NCBI GenBank assembly: GCA_010093815.1
Contig: ML996565.1
Strand: one strand, 5' to 3'
Length of the DNA: 64,000 nucleotides
Origin: Pseudovirgaria hyperparasitica
Lineage: Eukaryota
Numbering within the stretch: the first letter of the stretch is position 1; every line of letters begins with the position of its first letter. The notes beneath the pieces were generated by a model. That model worked only from the letters and a program-made list of their open reading frames with translations. It was not told where the DNA came from and made no database searches. Positions 1 through 12,476 of this stretch are shown here, one piece after another. Made by a program: the position numbers and the translations under genes.

Positions 1-2540
1 GAGCGCCCCTCGGTGCATCTGTAGATTGCCTGCCGGCTGGTGCTTGCTGTGGAGGCAGCGGAGGGATAGCTCGAGCAGCAGAAGGGACCGGAGGAGGGGC
101 CGCAGGGGGTAGAATAGGTGACCTGATCGGTCCTTCATCTGCGGTAGTGCTATCATCTATACTCGACTCTCTAACATGGGATCCAAGAGCTTCTTTGTGC
201 GTCGCACCAGAAGCTATGTCTGTGTCGTAGTCTCCTTCATACTCGGTTTCTTCTTCTAACTCATCGTCTATCGACACTCGTTGCGAAATACTGTCTATAG
301 TTGGCTGCCGGCTTGGTGGTGCTGCAGTAGGCGGAGGAGGTGGTGGAGGCCTGGCTTGAGCTGGGGGAGACATTGGGGGGCTCATCACTGGAACAGGAGG
401 AGGAATACGGCTTGATCTCTTCTCAGCAGGTGACGATGTTCCACCGGTGGTAACATAGTCGGATCCCATAGTCGAGGTTCGCCGTGGTACGGACGGGCTT
501 CTGGGACCTGAGTGGTCGGAGGCAGGAACTGGAGGAGGAGGCCCGCGAGCTGAAAGCTCGATTGACCTTCGTGGCATCTCATCGTCCGACTCTGAACCGG
601 ACGTCGGCGATCTAAACGGCACCGGTGCTGGTGGCACGGGTCTTTCGGTAGGCACTGGGGGTGCAACTCTCTCTGACATAGACACCGGCCGTTCTATACG
701 AGTCAGCAAACGATACTTGTATCCTGATGCAATGGAAGATGTCGAGTTCTCTTGTGAACCTACTGCGGAACCTAATGAACAAGAATGTCTCTCCTGGTCT
801 GCCCAGTTCGAGGCTGGTTTTTGAGCAGGGAGGACGACAAAATCTCGCCGAACAGGTGTCCACAGGGGTCCGTCTGACAGCCAAACTACGAGATGTGGGC
901 GACTTACGGCTTGGTATCGGCGGTGGGGCACCTCGTTGGGCTGATGGAGATGCTGGCTCGACATCTTCGATGTCGGGCACATCCTCTGGTTCTCGATTGC
1001 TGACGGCAGATTTTCTGCTTTGGTCTTCCTTTACAACATTAAGTTGTGTATCTTCGGACTCGGGGCTCCGGACAGTCGACATCCCTGGGATGGGTATCAT
1101 TGGTAAACGCGGAGCCCTCTCGTAGTCATCTGGAGCAGATTGCTCTGGTACTGGCGCTGTCTTCTTCTTCTTTGGTGGAATGCCCCCTGACGGAAGGCCG
1201 CCACCGAACATTCCTGCCATACCCATTCCTCCACTCATCTTTGCCATACGTTCGCGGAGTTCTAGCTTACGTCGTGTTTCTGCATCAATCTCGTCGTCTT
1301 CTTCTTCGCTAGCACCCTCATCCTCTTCTTCGATGTCCTTGTGGGTGTGGACCGTTGAAAGGGGGGTTTGGGGTATACGCCGTGAAGTATCTTCATTGTC
1401 ATCGACACTGGTGGATTCACCTTCGGCCTCTTCAGTCGTTTCTCCGGCAGCGGACTGATCAGCGTCATTTGTATCGCTAAGAAGCTCCCTTGCCGGCTGG
1501 GGTATTTCTGATACATTAAGTCCATGTGATATTTTACGTGGGGGAGCAGTCCTAGGAACATCTATAGATCCTCTATTGGATCCATCAGGGCTAGCTACTT
1601 TATCTAGCTCGTTGTTCTCATCAGCAGCTGCATCCTGAATCTCCGATTCGGTTCGTTTCTTGCTCGGTCGCTTCGGTTTGTCTTTCTGTGTCGCTTCGGC
1701 TCGTTTTGCCTGTTCGGCCTGCTGTTTTTGAAGGAGAGCGATCCTTTCTTTTAGACTTGTAGGTTTAGGTGCGTCATCTCCCTGAGCTTCTTCTGTAGTT
1801 GCAGCTAGACCAGCTTTTTCGGCGGCCTCAAGGTCCTGAGCTTGACGTTCAGCTATCTCCGGGTCTTCTTCTCGGCGATAGACCTTCTGAGGTGGGGGCT
1901 CGCGTGGTGCAGTCGGAACATAAGCATTCCTGCTGGGAGGGGGCGCGACGAATGGCTTTTTGACGAAGCCCGCACCTGCTTTGCTCCCGCTGGGTTTGAA
2001 AGGTGCGACAGGTGCCGCAGCCGGCTTATTGAATGCTGCGATCCGATCTTTGAAAGAACTGGATTTCTCAGCCACTGGCGGAGGGGCTTTCGATATCGAG
2101 GTATTTGGTACAGGCTTGGGCGCAGGACTTGGTTCTGGAGCTGGTTTCGGCGGGGGGTTTGTCTTTGCCGGCTCCTCTGGCGCAGCCTTGGAGATTTCAG
2201 CCTGACGAACAGTCGCTGGCTCGACACGTCTCTCCTGAATAGGCTCCTCTGCCTCTGACAATGGAGCGGACACGGGAGGTAGCGCCTGTGTCGCAACTGC
2301 ATCTAAGGGTTTATGACGCGAGGCTCTGTTGGGTCTTGGTGGAGGTTCAGGTTCGTACTTCTCTACAAAATTCTTTGGGAAAAGACCTTCCTTCTTAGCC
2401 CCCGTAGAATCTTCTTTGTATTCGCCAATGTACCAATCATCGTCCTCTTCCTCTGTCACCGTTATGATCTGGCCGGCCGGGAAACTCAGGTCATCGTCGT
2501 GAGGGGACGCATAATCATAGAGAGCCTTGACTCGAAACAT
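1..2540 (-). CDS. BBC1: SH3-domain, proline-rich actin-patch protein (Bbc1/Mti1 myosin-tail-interacting family); 3' end runs off the left edge of the window
   Basis: N-terminal SH3 domain (FRVKALYDY..DDLSF..DWYIGE..EGLFPKNFV) followed by SFKDRIAAFN, SLKERIALLQ and LRERMAKMSGGMGM segments. Intron 694-907 (GTAAGT...GCTGAC...TAG) rejoins a Pro-rich frame (QRPVSMSERVAPPVP...). ATG at 2540. Confidence 0.8.
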
Positions 2541-2989
2541 AGTGCTCAGTAGAACAGGCGTTAGTCGGGATGGCTGGCTGTTGTAGAAGGCTGACAGTTG
2601 CGGCGAAGTGCGGAGGTGCAATTAGTACTCGCGGGGCAAGCAATGGTGTATCGCCCATTCAGCAGACGCACGACAGCCTGAGGCAGCGAGCAGGCGATTG
2701 ACGGGCAGGAATGCAGAGAAAACAATCGCTTGATACAGCGGCCATACACGTTCGGAGGAAACGGAATGAGTAAGGTTCGGCCTGGAGGGGGGAGGGTGGT
2801 AGTTGATGTTTGGCATAGTCTTCGTGAGTCGTCACCTTTCCAACTCCCGTTACGGACTAGCGTCATTAGCCCCAACCCACTACATCCCCGATGATCAGCC
2901 ATAAGATGATGATATCCATGGATCTTTTCAATTGCTCCGGCTAAGGTATTGTTCGATTCTTCCGCTACAGTTCTGCCGCCGCGCTCGAT

Positions 2990-3871
2990 ATGCTACCAAA
3001 GACTGTCCCAAAGTCGATTTTGAAGAAAACCAAGAGCAAACCACCGGCAACACCCAGTGAACATGTCCCACCAGAGAAAGCTACCTCCTCTGATCCAGTA
3101 AAGGATCGCCATCTAGCAACCGCATTGCACCATGCTAAGCTGATACAGCAGCAAAAAGATACAGAGAAACTAATCCTAGATGCATCACTTGCCCTCCTCG
3201 AGCTACCCAGCTCACCGAATGCTGATGCCGCCATGCCCGCCGCACATGATGTGCGCGCCTTCAAGGAGCATGTTGCACTGCTGAGGCCACAAGACTATAG
3301 TGACCTGATCGAAGAGCGCAACGCGTCACGACTTTGCGGTTATGCTCTATGTCCCCGACCCAACAAGGAGCTGAAAGGCGATGCCAAATTCAAGCTCGTG
3401 GTTTCGAAAGAGGCGGGATTGAAATCAATTCCAAAAAAGGAACTCGAGCGGTGGTGCTCTACAGACTGTGCCCGTAGAGCTCTCTATGTCAAAGTTCAAC
3501 TTCTTGAGGAACCAGGCGGGATTTTGTTATCTGGCCGGAGTGCGGACATTGACTTACTGGCAGAAGACATACCATCCACCCTCATAACTTTGCCATTGCG
3601 GCCCAAAGTGATGGATAGCTGCACTCACTCACATAAAAATGACACAGAGGCAGCATCGACTCGACATGATATCCATAAGGATGTGGATAACGCATCAAGC
3701 GAACTACTCACCTCTCGCGTTGTCGAAAAGCGTGTCATCAAGGCTGTGTCCGCACCGTCACTCGAACATGATGGCCAGAACCACTCAGTCATTGAAGGCT
3801 ATACCCCCGCAGATCGTTTTTTAGACAAGCAAGAACAAGGAACTGAGGAAGACCATGATTGGGACGATTGA
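2990..3871 (+). CDS. RTR1: RNA polymerase II CTD phosphatase, Rtr1/RPAP2 family
   Basis: Intronless 293-aa ORF with DYSDLIEERN..LCGYALC...WCSTDC zinc-finger signature. Confidence 0.85.
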   Translation: MLPKTVPKSILKKTKSKPPATPSEHVPPEKATSSDPVKDRHLATALHHAKLIQQQKDTEKLILDASLALLELPSSPNADAAMPAAHDVRAFKEHVALLRPQDYSDLIEERNASRLCGYALCPRPNKELKGDAKFKLVVSKEAGLKSIPKKELERWCSTDCARRALYVKVQLLEEPGGILLSGRSADIDLLAEDIPSTLITLPLRPKVMDSCTHSHKNDTEAASTRHDIHKDVDNASSELLTSRVVEKRVIKAVSAPSLEHDGQNHSVIEGYTPADRFLDKQEQGTEEDHDWDD

Positions 3872-4450
3872 ACATGAATTCTGGGTTCGAGGAGGAATCT
3901 ATACAGATCTTGGTGAGGGCGAACGCTACATCATTCTCCACTGAATGTAGAATGCCTGAACGCAAGTTTCTGATCGACTTGTGAGAGCTTCATACTATGC
4001 TCCCTCGGGACCATGACTTCTATCGTGGACGATAAGGATATATCAACGGAGGGATGTGTACGACCAGGATCGGTCATGCGCACCTTCACAAACCAAGATG
4101 AAACCTTTGATCTTGGCAACTTGGAGTGTCGTGTGTACCCCTATGTTGGTCTGTACGCCAGTCATTGCGACACACGCAGACATGCAACAGTGCGTGATAC
4201 ACAGACGTCCTGTATTCAAGGAAGAATATGTAGTACCGTCCAAAAAATGATTGTCACCATTCGAACGCCTGTGCAAAGAATATTTTCCAGTGATCTGGTT
4301 GTGTTTTGTAATGCTACAGCTGGTACCGATCACGTGATGACGCTTAACTGCAGATGTTTGCCCTTCGAACAGCTTGGGCCAGCCCAACTTCATTCCCTTT
4401 TGTTCTTCATGTCGCTACTTCAACCCAGCTCAAGCGCAACCCTCTGCGCG

Positions 4451-5743
4451 ATGCAGAGGGTACAGCAGCACAGCAGTCGCAAAGCTTCCTCACCCACTGC
4501 ACAACTGCTTCGCTCCTCGCGCCTCTTCTCGATACCAGAGCCACTCCCGAAACCTTCAACGTTCAAGGCCAATGGAAGAGGATCTCCAAATGCTACGCTG
4601 CCGTATCCGGTATATCAAGCCATTGAGGCACCTCTTTCCTCCGCCTCCCGGGGTGATTATGGACTGAAGCGACCCCTACCTCTACGCAAACTTCGTCGGA
4701 CCAGCTCTCCTGTCGTTCGACTCGTTGAATTGGATGCAATTGAAGATGTAACTGATTATGAGCTCGCCTCAGATCACGTTCAGACCCTACATAAGTTGCA
4801 AGAGTTAGGATTGTCAATTTCCAATGGCCAGCGATCTGGGACTTTCCACAGCTACAGCTCAAGCAAAAGAGCGACGGATTTGAATGCATTTGACGACCTT
4901 GTGGATGCATCGCACACTCCAATTCTCAAGGAGGAAGACTTCAGGAAATATCTACACAAAATCTTTGCGGCGAGACATCTAGTCATGCGACAGAAACGCG
5001 CCTTGGAAGGCGACGCTCAAGAGGTAGAATTCACCGAGAAAGATTTCCAAGCTGGCCTTAAGAAACTGTGCGAGGAATTCCAAAAACAGGGTAAAAAGTC
5101 TCGGTTAGCAAGATACGTGAAAGAGTTCTTGTCAACACAAGTCCCAGAATTGCTTGGCGATGAAATGCGCGCCGAACGCACCACGCATGCATCCGCAGGT
5201 ATTTCATATCTTCGAACCCACAAGTACCTCGAAAATCACCCCACTCTGGGGCCTCTCGAGCATCGAACTCCTGTAGAGGCTAGAATTCTTCGAAATGCTA
5301 ATATGCCGGGATGGGCTACATCATCTAGGGCGGCAACTCTTGGTATCGCCGGTGTAGCAATTCCTCGAGCTTCGGGCGAGAGCCAATTCAGGGGCCCGAA
5401 CAGCAATACCTTCGATCCTACTGTTCAAGGCGGTCAGAAAGTTCTTGTGCATCCCACTCGTATGGGCATTAGGCCGGATGGAAAGATAACGATGAACTGC
5501 GACCAGGCAGATCCTGCTGCAGAAATCATAAGAGAGGGTAGACTACCGCCACCAAAGAAAGCGGCCTCAAACACGCATCGAGACAGTGGAGCGAGAATGC
5601 CAAACCTGGATATGCTATCGACACCACGACCCCCGACACGACAGGAGCCATCGGGACAACAGGTTGGGTTGGATTATGGGCTGGGAGCTACAAGCAGCCG
5701 CCCCCCGACTTCGAAATCTGATCCGTTTCCCGATGTGGATTGA
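4451..5743 (+). CDS. MRP51: Mitochondrial small-subunit ribosomal protein bS1m (Mrp51)
   Basis: LLRSSRLFS..P..YP.YQAI..P.SS.SRGDYGLKRPLP motif and H.SAGISYLRT. Basic, Ser-rich presequence from ATG 4451; the ORF part 4013-4450 is probably not translated. Confidence 0.8.
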   Translation: MQRVQQHSSRKASSPTAQLLRSSRLFSIPEPLPKPSTFKANGRGSPNATLPYPVYQAIEAPLSSASRGDYGLKRPLPLRKLRRTSSPVVRLVELDAIEDVTDYELASDHVQTLHKLQELGLSISNGQRSGTFHSYSSSKRATDLNAFDDLVDASHTPILKEEDFRKYLHKIFAARHLVMRQKRALEGDAQEVEFTEKDFQAGLKKLCEEFQKQGKKSRLARYVKEFLSTQVPELLGDEMRAERTTHASAGISYLRTHKYLENHPTLGPLEHRTPVEARILRNANMPGWATSSRAATLGIAGVAIPRASGESQFRGPNSNTFDPTVQGGQKVLVHPTRMGIRPDGKITMNCDQADPAAEIIREGRLPPPKKAASNTHRDSGARMPNLDMLSTPRPPTRQEPSGQQVGLDYGLGATSSRPPTSKSDPFPDVD

Positions 5744-8241
5744 TCATTGATCTCAGGGGAGCATGCATCCAGAGCGGAGAAGGTAGCATAAAACGATGCT
5801 TCCGTCACGTTTGTATATTATCTATAGAGCGGGGAACACGCTGAATTGTCAATAATAAATTCATGTCTAGGGCCCACGAATGCCCAAAGTCGAAGATAGC
5901 ATCCGCTTTACATGGTGAAGAAACAAGAATGTTATGTATATTGATGATGGCCAACGACAGCAGACAGCCGTATGCCAGTGCCTTCTGCTGTTCCCCAAGT
6001 CCCTGTGAGTAGAACTTGAAGTTTAAAGGTCCCTAAAGGATATGAAGTGGCTGAGGCATTTTCTAACTCGTACAACAAATGCGGGACAGCTTCTCTTTCG
6101 CCCTGAGATCGAGACATCCAGCAGTATGAGGTAGGCAGAAGCAGGCAGGTTTGCATAGAGAAGTCGCGGACAGTATAATTCTTAGCCAGCCTCCTCGATG
6201 TACCGTCTTTCTCCTTACCTGTACGACTCTTCATTCAGCTAATGCCACTCTCAGGTCTTGCTCTCTTAATGTATCCTTGTCATTCCTCGCAGACGAATGG
6301 TGTTGATGGAAACGTGCAATGTGTCATTCGATTGTAGGTATGAAGGCTGGGCTCGTGGATATGCTGGACGGAGCTATGTGAGCAACATCTGCAGTGGCTA
6401 GGTCAAATCCAAACAGAAAGGGAGAAAAAATGCTGCGTGCCACTCGTCTTGAGACACACTATCTATCAGTCTTGACTGATAGATCAGCTCGTGATCATAA
6501 AAGCGAGTCCAACAACGCTCGTGCTCTTCACGGCTCGGTTGTTCTGAGAATGTCTGCTGTCAGCATCGAACAAAAGGTGAGTCTTCAAGGCAAAAGCGTT
6601 CATACCATGGCCAATTGGCCAAGTAAGTAGCTTAGCTTCCCTCAAATGTTGAATCCTGATCAGCGACACCATTATCACCGGGTTGGAGCCAACAATATAG
6701 TGAAATGCTGGTGCTGTCTTCAGTCAATACCATACATGTGATGGCAATCAGTTAGCAAGTAGGTTTGAAATGATCAACTGATAAAGTTATGGAGCTTGTG
6801 AGCCTGTGACACATATACTATTCTATGCAAGAAGCTAATGGTGGAAGTCAGCTCATAGTACCACTGTAGCTGTTCAGATTGATCTGAGATGTACCGCTCA
6901 TCAGGCAAGGCTGGGTCTAGTCATGGAGCGGGGCCTTCATCTTGATTCACTGTCGCCAAGGAGCACGATGACTTTCGACTTTGTTTTAACTGGTTCACGA
7001 AAGTTCCAACTGATTAGCATCACAAGCAGCCAGGCCAGTCCAGTTCAGTCCCAGTAGTCAACAAGAAAGTGGGAGGTTTTAAAATTTGCCCTCTTGGCAA
7101 TGAGATACTAGACCCACGAACTCGCAACCCCTAGGTCGCTCTCGGCTTCTATCTTCTATTAGTAGTTTGACTGGTACGAAAGACCGTCACTGCCGTGACA
7201 AAGTCTTTGGACTGCTCCGGTGTTTTGCTGACCGATTTTATGATCTTCAAAGGTATGTCTTTTGCAGGATCTGACAGTGCAACAAGGGCTGCTGTGTTCT
7301 CCGTGCAGATTACGAGGGCAACACACACTGACCGTGCCGTCGCCCGCTGTGGAGTCCAGCACCTGGGGCTTTGGGTATCCACGATCGGAAGATCCTGAAG
7401 CCGTAACAACACGGCGTCCATCACTGGAAATCTACCATCAGCAGTTATTTTCAGGAGGTCTTGTCCAATGACAGCCAGTCTAATTACCCCAGCTGTCTAG
7501 CTCTCTCTAGCTCTCAGTTTGCGAGCCGTGTGAAATGACCAATGATAATAGCTCCAATTACTCCTGGAGCTAGGATGAACGCGGGAAGGCAAAGGATCAT
7601 CCATCCGCAAAAGGAAAAGTATAACATCTCGCGCCCAACTGTCCAACTTGAACTGCGGGGCGGTAGGGAAGGTCACCGAGCGCTTTGGGCGTACCTCGAT
7701 CCTGGTGGAGCAGCCGATTTAGACCGGAACGCTGGTCTCCCGAACATTTGAAGGTATATCATGGGGAAAAATGGTGGTGGTGCCAACGGTCCTTGACAAA
7801 TTGCTGTACTGTGATTGGCCATACGCACACGGAAGCTTGGCTCCCGACCCTCTAGAATGCACTTGAGGTCATCTTAGTTCTATAATCAACCACGCGAGGA
7901 ACGGGGAAACCTTGGTCTAACCGCTTTCGGCTCACGATGTCGACGTCGGCCTACCACAGCTTCGTCCTGCTGCTTAGCTGCTTGTTAATCCTCCCTGCGT
8001 CGGAGATCCAAACATACACTTAGCTCGATGCGGCAGCGATACTTTTGAACGGATGTAGTGTTTACCATTCGATGGAGCGCGAGCTTGCTGCTCATACCAG
8101 GCTACCAAGGGGCGTTTCACTCAAGTTGCTGTTATAAGATCCAGAGCCGTGCCGCCCATCTGATCGTAAGCTCTATCAACGCATTCTTCTCCAGACACAC
8201 TCGTATCCACGATCTATATTCCTTTAATCCATTTCATCATC

Positions 8242-9198
8242 ATGCGTTTCTCTACTCTCGCTATGGCCGCGGCCGCTGCCAGTGGTGTCGTCGCCCAGGA
8301 GGACACCTCCCTCTGCGGCAAGTACACCACCGCGCTCTTGATGAACAACACTGCCGAGAACCAATACATGCTTCTCCAATTGCTCGTCAACCGTGTCGTC
8401 ACTGGTGCCACCCAGGAGCAGGTCAGCAATGGATCTGCTGTCCCCGGTATCCTCGCCCCTGGCAACGTCAACGGCACCGACGTGAACCTCCTACCTTACT
8501 TCGATGGTTCTCTCGCCTCGACCAACCGCAATGGCGAAGCAGTCTCCGTCAACTTCCTTGCTGACGGTGGTGCTACACCATTGACGGCTTCTCCTCCCAA
8601 GCCTGCCAACAGCACCGACTCTCCCCAATAGTAAGTCTTGATCGAACAGAAATGAATTCCAAGGATCTCTGCTTATCATCCGACCAGCTACCTCCTTACC
8701 CACCTCTACTCCTTCTTCGGTGCCCTCCTTCAATGCCAGGTCGGCTCCGACGGCTTCCCAGCCTACGAGGGCAACCCGTCCATGGCCAAGGTGCACATGT
8801 TTATGGCCCTGACCAACGCCGAGAACACCTACTTCATCCAACAGGTGGGCGCTGCAGCCGTCTCCTTTGGCGTGACAATGGACGATGTCAGCACCGTCGC
8901 TGAGGCTCTCGTCTCCACCTTCAACTATCGCTGCTCCCCGGCTGCCAAGATCGTCGGTGATATGGAGGAGCTCCAGTCCATCTGCCAGGCTGAGGACTGC
9001 CCTCTCTCGCCCAACGCCAACTGCGACGCCTACCCCAACAGCGGTGCCGTCTCCTCGCCCACTCCTACTCCTTCCGGCTCCGCTGCTATGACCCCGACTG
9101 GCGGCAGCTCGCCTACCAACACCGGCGCTGCCAGCACTCTTACCTACTCCGCTGGTGCCGGTGTTGCCGGTCTCATCGCTGCCATCTTCGCCTTGTAA
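8242..9198 (+). CDS. Secreted, probably GPI-anchored protein with a truncated-haemoglobin-like domain (exons 8242-8630, 8688-9198)
   Basis: Signal peptide MRFSTLAMAAAAASGVVA; intron 8631-8687 (GTAAGT...CAG) joins the two ORFs in frame; 6 Cys; Ser/Thr/Pro stalk; hydrophobic C-terminus (AGAGVAGLIAAIFAL); strong C-ending codon bias. Confidence 0.85.
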
Positions 9199-10940
9199 GC
9201 ATGGAATTGAGATGAAATCGGACTGGAGTTGTGTGAGTGTTGTTGTCGTGTTGAGTGGAGAATAAAATTTTGTAATTAATACCCCCCCTTTTGCACCGAG
9301 CAACAGGCTCGTGAGCATAGAGATAGTATAGTCAATTGACGATGCGTCTCAATTACGATGTTCCACTGCGCAGTGATATCTTATGTCCTTGTTCGCATGC
9401 CATGCTCTTTCGTGCGACCATCCTACTACACTTGCAAACTTACTACTAATATGCCTAAATGCACATACTAACACCTCTAATATCTCCAGCCTGTATCATC
9501 CCATATCCACAAAAACACCCCGCAAACCATCTCATTCAATCCTACCTCGCGCACGCATGCACGCACGCGACGCCACAGCACAACGTAGAACAACATCTCG
9601 GCACAGTCTCGCAATCTCCTCTCTCACACTCTCTATGACGCTCACATCCCGTCCCATTGCGGCACAGCCATCGTCCCGCGACTCAAGGTGCAGCCAGCCT
9701 GGCCCGCGGAGGCCCAAAGGCGCATTTTGTAGTTTGTACCTAGCTAAGGACGGACCGCTCTGGACTGTACCCGGCCTGGACTATACATACTGGGCTGTAC
9801 CGGACTGCGGTCTGGGCACGGTGTGATGTATACATGGCGAAAGAAAGGGGTCGTCGAGGGGGCAGAGTAGAGGCGTGAGTGACGTTATGGTGAGCAGTAG
9901 ACGGAGATGAATGAGGAGGTTATTCGGGGGTCTGGAGCTGCAGAAGGACGGCATGTGGAGAAATGTGGAGCTTGGAGGGCATGGAAGGGCTAGTGTGAAA
10001 TGGGTTAGGCTAAGTGCGTGTTTGAGACTTTCAGGTCCACGACGAAGGAGAGCACGACAAAGCAAGCTGACCTCAGCACATCAATCACTCACTCCATCAA
10101 GAAAAAAAAAAACTGAAACCCCCCCAGAAAACAAATATCGCACCTCACACACCTCGCTAAGAACGAAAAGAAAGATAGTAACCCCTCCCCTTGCATTCCC
10201 TCATCCGCTCGCTTGTCTGACGATGTCGCGAAACACGGACAGTTCAGCTATCGATATGTCACCGCCGCAGACGTGCTGGTTAGAAACCCCCCCCTCTGCG
10301 CCAAGATAGCCGATTGCATGCGCTATGGTAGTTATTATGGCACGCTGCGATCTTGCTTGGATCCTGGCGCGTGGTGTGATTTGACTTGGTACTGGCTTGC
10401 TACTGATTAGGTGAGTGACTAAGTGGAATGCATGAATGACGCAAAGCCGTGCGTGCGTGCTCTGGTGATGTTTGTGGTTGAGTGATGATAGTGGTAATTA
10501 GTGGTGGTGGTGTTGACACGCACTGATTGCCCGAGGCCCCCATTCACACTCGAACGGGGCGGGACGAAACGAAACGATGCCAGGACCCGAACCCCTGAAA
10601 GTAAACACGCATACATCAGCCGATATCCGTTGGCGAAAAGGACGATTTGCCGGGGTGAGTGAGTTGTGTTTGTCTTTTCTGTCTATAACAGATATAGATA
10701 TATGTTTTGCCTATGGCGGTGTAGTATATGCAAAGGAGTAAAAAAGGGGTTTATAAGTGATTGGAGTGGCATATATGTAGTAAGCTGTTCTTCATTACGC
10801 GTGTCATACGGAGTATATCATCGAGCCGCGTTCTTTGCATCCCGTCATTACATCCTCTCCATGGCTATCCGTCAATCCATCTATCACCACCCCCTATACT
10901 CTACCCCTTATTCCACCCCCCTATATTCCATCCCCTCCTT

Positions 10941-12476
10941 CTACCCCCTCCCCGCATCCCAACAATTCCCTCCTCCCCCGGAACTCAACCCCACCTCCTT
11001 CATCTTCATCTGCGCCTCCATCTCCAGCCCCTCCCCCGCATCCCCCTCATCCGTAGCCCTCCCCAACGGCTCAAACTCAATCGTAAACGAGGTCCGCTTA
11101 TGTATCAGCACCAGATCCGACGCCGTACTGCCTGATCTCCGATACGCTGGCTTCATACCCATGCCAACCAACGGCTTAATCCCGGATAGAGGCTTGAGCG
11201 TCATGCGGCTGAGGCGCGAGGGTGTGGCGTCGCGGGGTGGAGGAGGGGGGTCGAAGGGGGAATGTTCGTCGGTTGTTTTAGTGGAGATTGGAGCAGGGGG
11301 TGTTGGGATGTTGGTCTGGGGTGGGGCGAAGAGGCCGGATTGGTGCAGGGTGGCGAGGATGGGGTTTGTGAAGGGGATGCAGGTGGAGAGGATGGAAGTT
11401 GCGATTTGGAGGGAGGTGGCGATTGTGGGTGCTCTGGGGAAGGAAGGGGGTGGGGAGGGTGCGTGGAGGGTGTAGATTAGGCGGGTTATTATGCTGGGGA
11501 GGGTGCTGGGTTGGCGTTAGCTGTGTGTTTCTGTGTGTGTGGATGGCAAGGGAGGGAGAAAGGAGGGAAAGGGGTGTAGACTGACAGAGCACGCAGCCCG
11601 AACGCAGCGAGCGTCAAGATGCGTTTATCCAGCGGGACACGCAGGTCATGGAGGAGGTATACCGGCAGAGCCGCGACGCATACATCGAGAAGGGCGTCTG
11701 CGCCGGCAAAGAAGCTCCAGAATCCGGCCTGTGATGGCGTGGTTAGTACATATACATACACATACATATCTTGTCGTCTGCCACCACCACGAACGAATGT
11801 ATGGACGAGTCCTCGCACTCACCACATCAATACACCGTCCCCCACTCCTATCCCACGGCCGCGGAAGTCCACACTGAAAAGCCAGCACGATAACAGCCGC
11901 AAGCGTAAACGCGCAGTTAGCGCACACAAGCACGAGCGTAACGAGACGGCGGCGCGAAAAACGAGTGCGTACGCGGAGATATTCGAGGATGCTGAGGCGC
12001 GCGAGGCCCAGACATGCAGCGTAGAGGATCTCGTTTGCGTATGTTGCCTGTTTGCACACACGATACACCGGTCAGCCTCTTCCTTTTTCCACACACATAT
12101 CCATCCATCCACCTCGCACTCCCATAGATAGATGAACGCAAACACACCTTCTCATAACCACCCACCCACACCCCATCTATCCCAGCACTCTCCTCAACCC
12201 GCGCATGCAACACAACGCAGTACACAATCGCACACGCCTAAGGTAACACAACCGTTAGCCCCTTTCTATCACCACCACAACCTCAAAAACCTCCTATTCG
12301 AAACTCACCATCGACCCCCCAATCAAAACATCATCCCGCTGCAACCGGCCCGTATGAATCATCTTCCGCGCCAACTTGACCGTCACAGCCATAAAGGCAA
12401 TAAGCACAACAGTCCAGGTCAGGACCTCAGCGAGGGCGCTGCGAGGAGCGGGTGGATTATCGTGCGGCGGCGCCAT
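10941..12476 (-). CDS. PTH11-like (rhodopsin-domain) integral membrane protein without CFEM domain, 5 exons
   Basis: Spliced product carries family motifs LQRDDVLI, YANEILY..CLGLARLSIL, AFQCGLPRPWD..GRCID, D.LLD..VAALPVYLL.DL.V, IITRLIY and SILSTCIPF. Splice donors at 12308, ~12147, ~11821 and 11585. Confidence 0.75.

Noticed and set aside
4013..4450. N-terminal 146 aa of the 576-aa ORF
   Set aside because: Mrp51 similarity and the presequence begin near Met 4451 (or 4409); the upstream part looks like an open UTR or promoter frame
8491..9318. 275-aa antisense ORF over the globin-like gene
   Set aside because: Shadow ORF expected from the strong C-ending codon bias of the sense gene; no motifs
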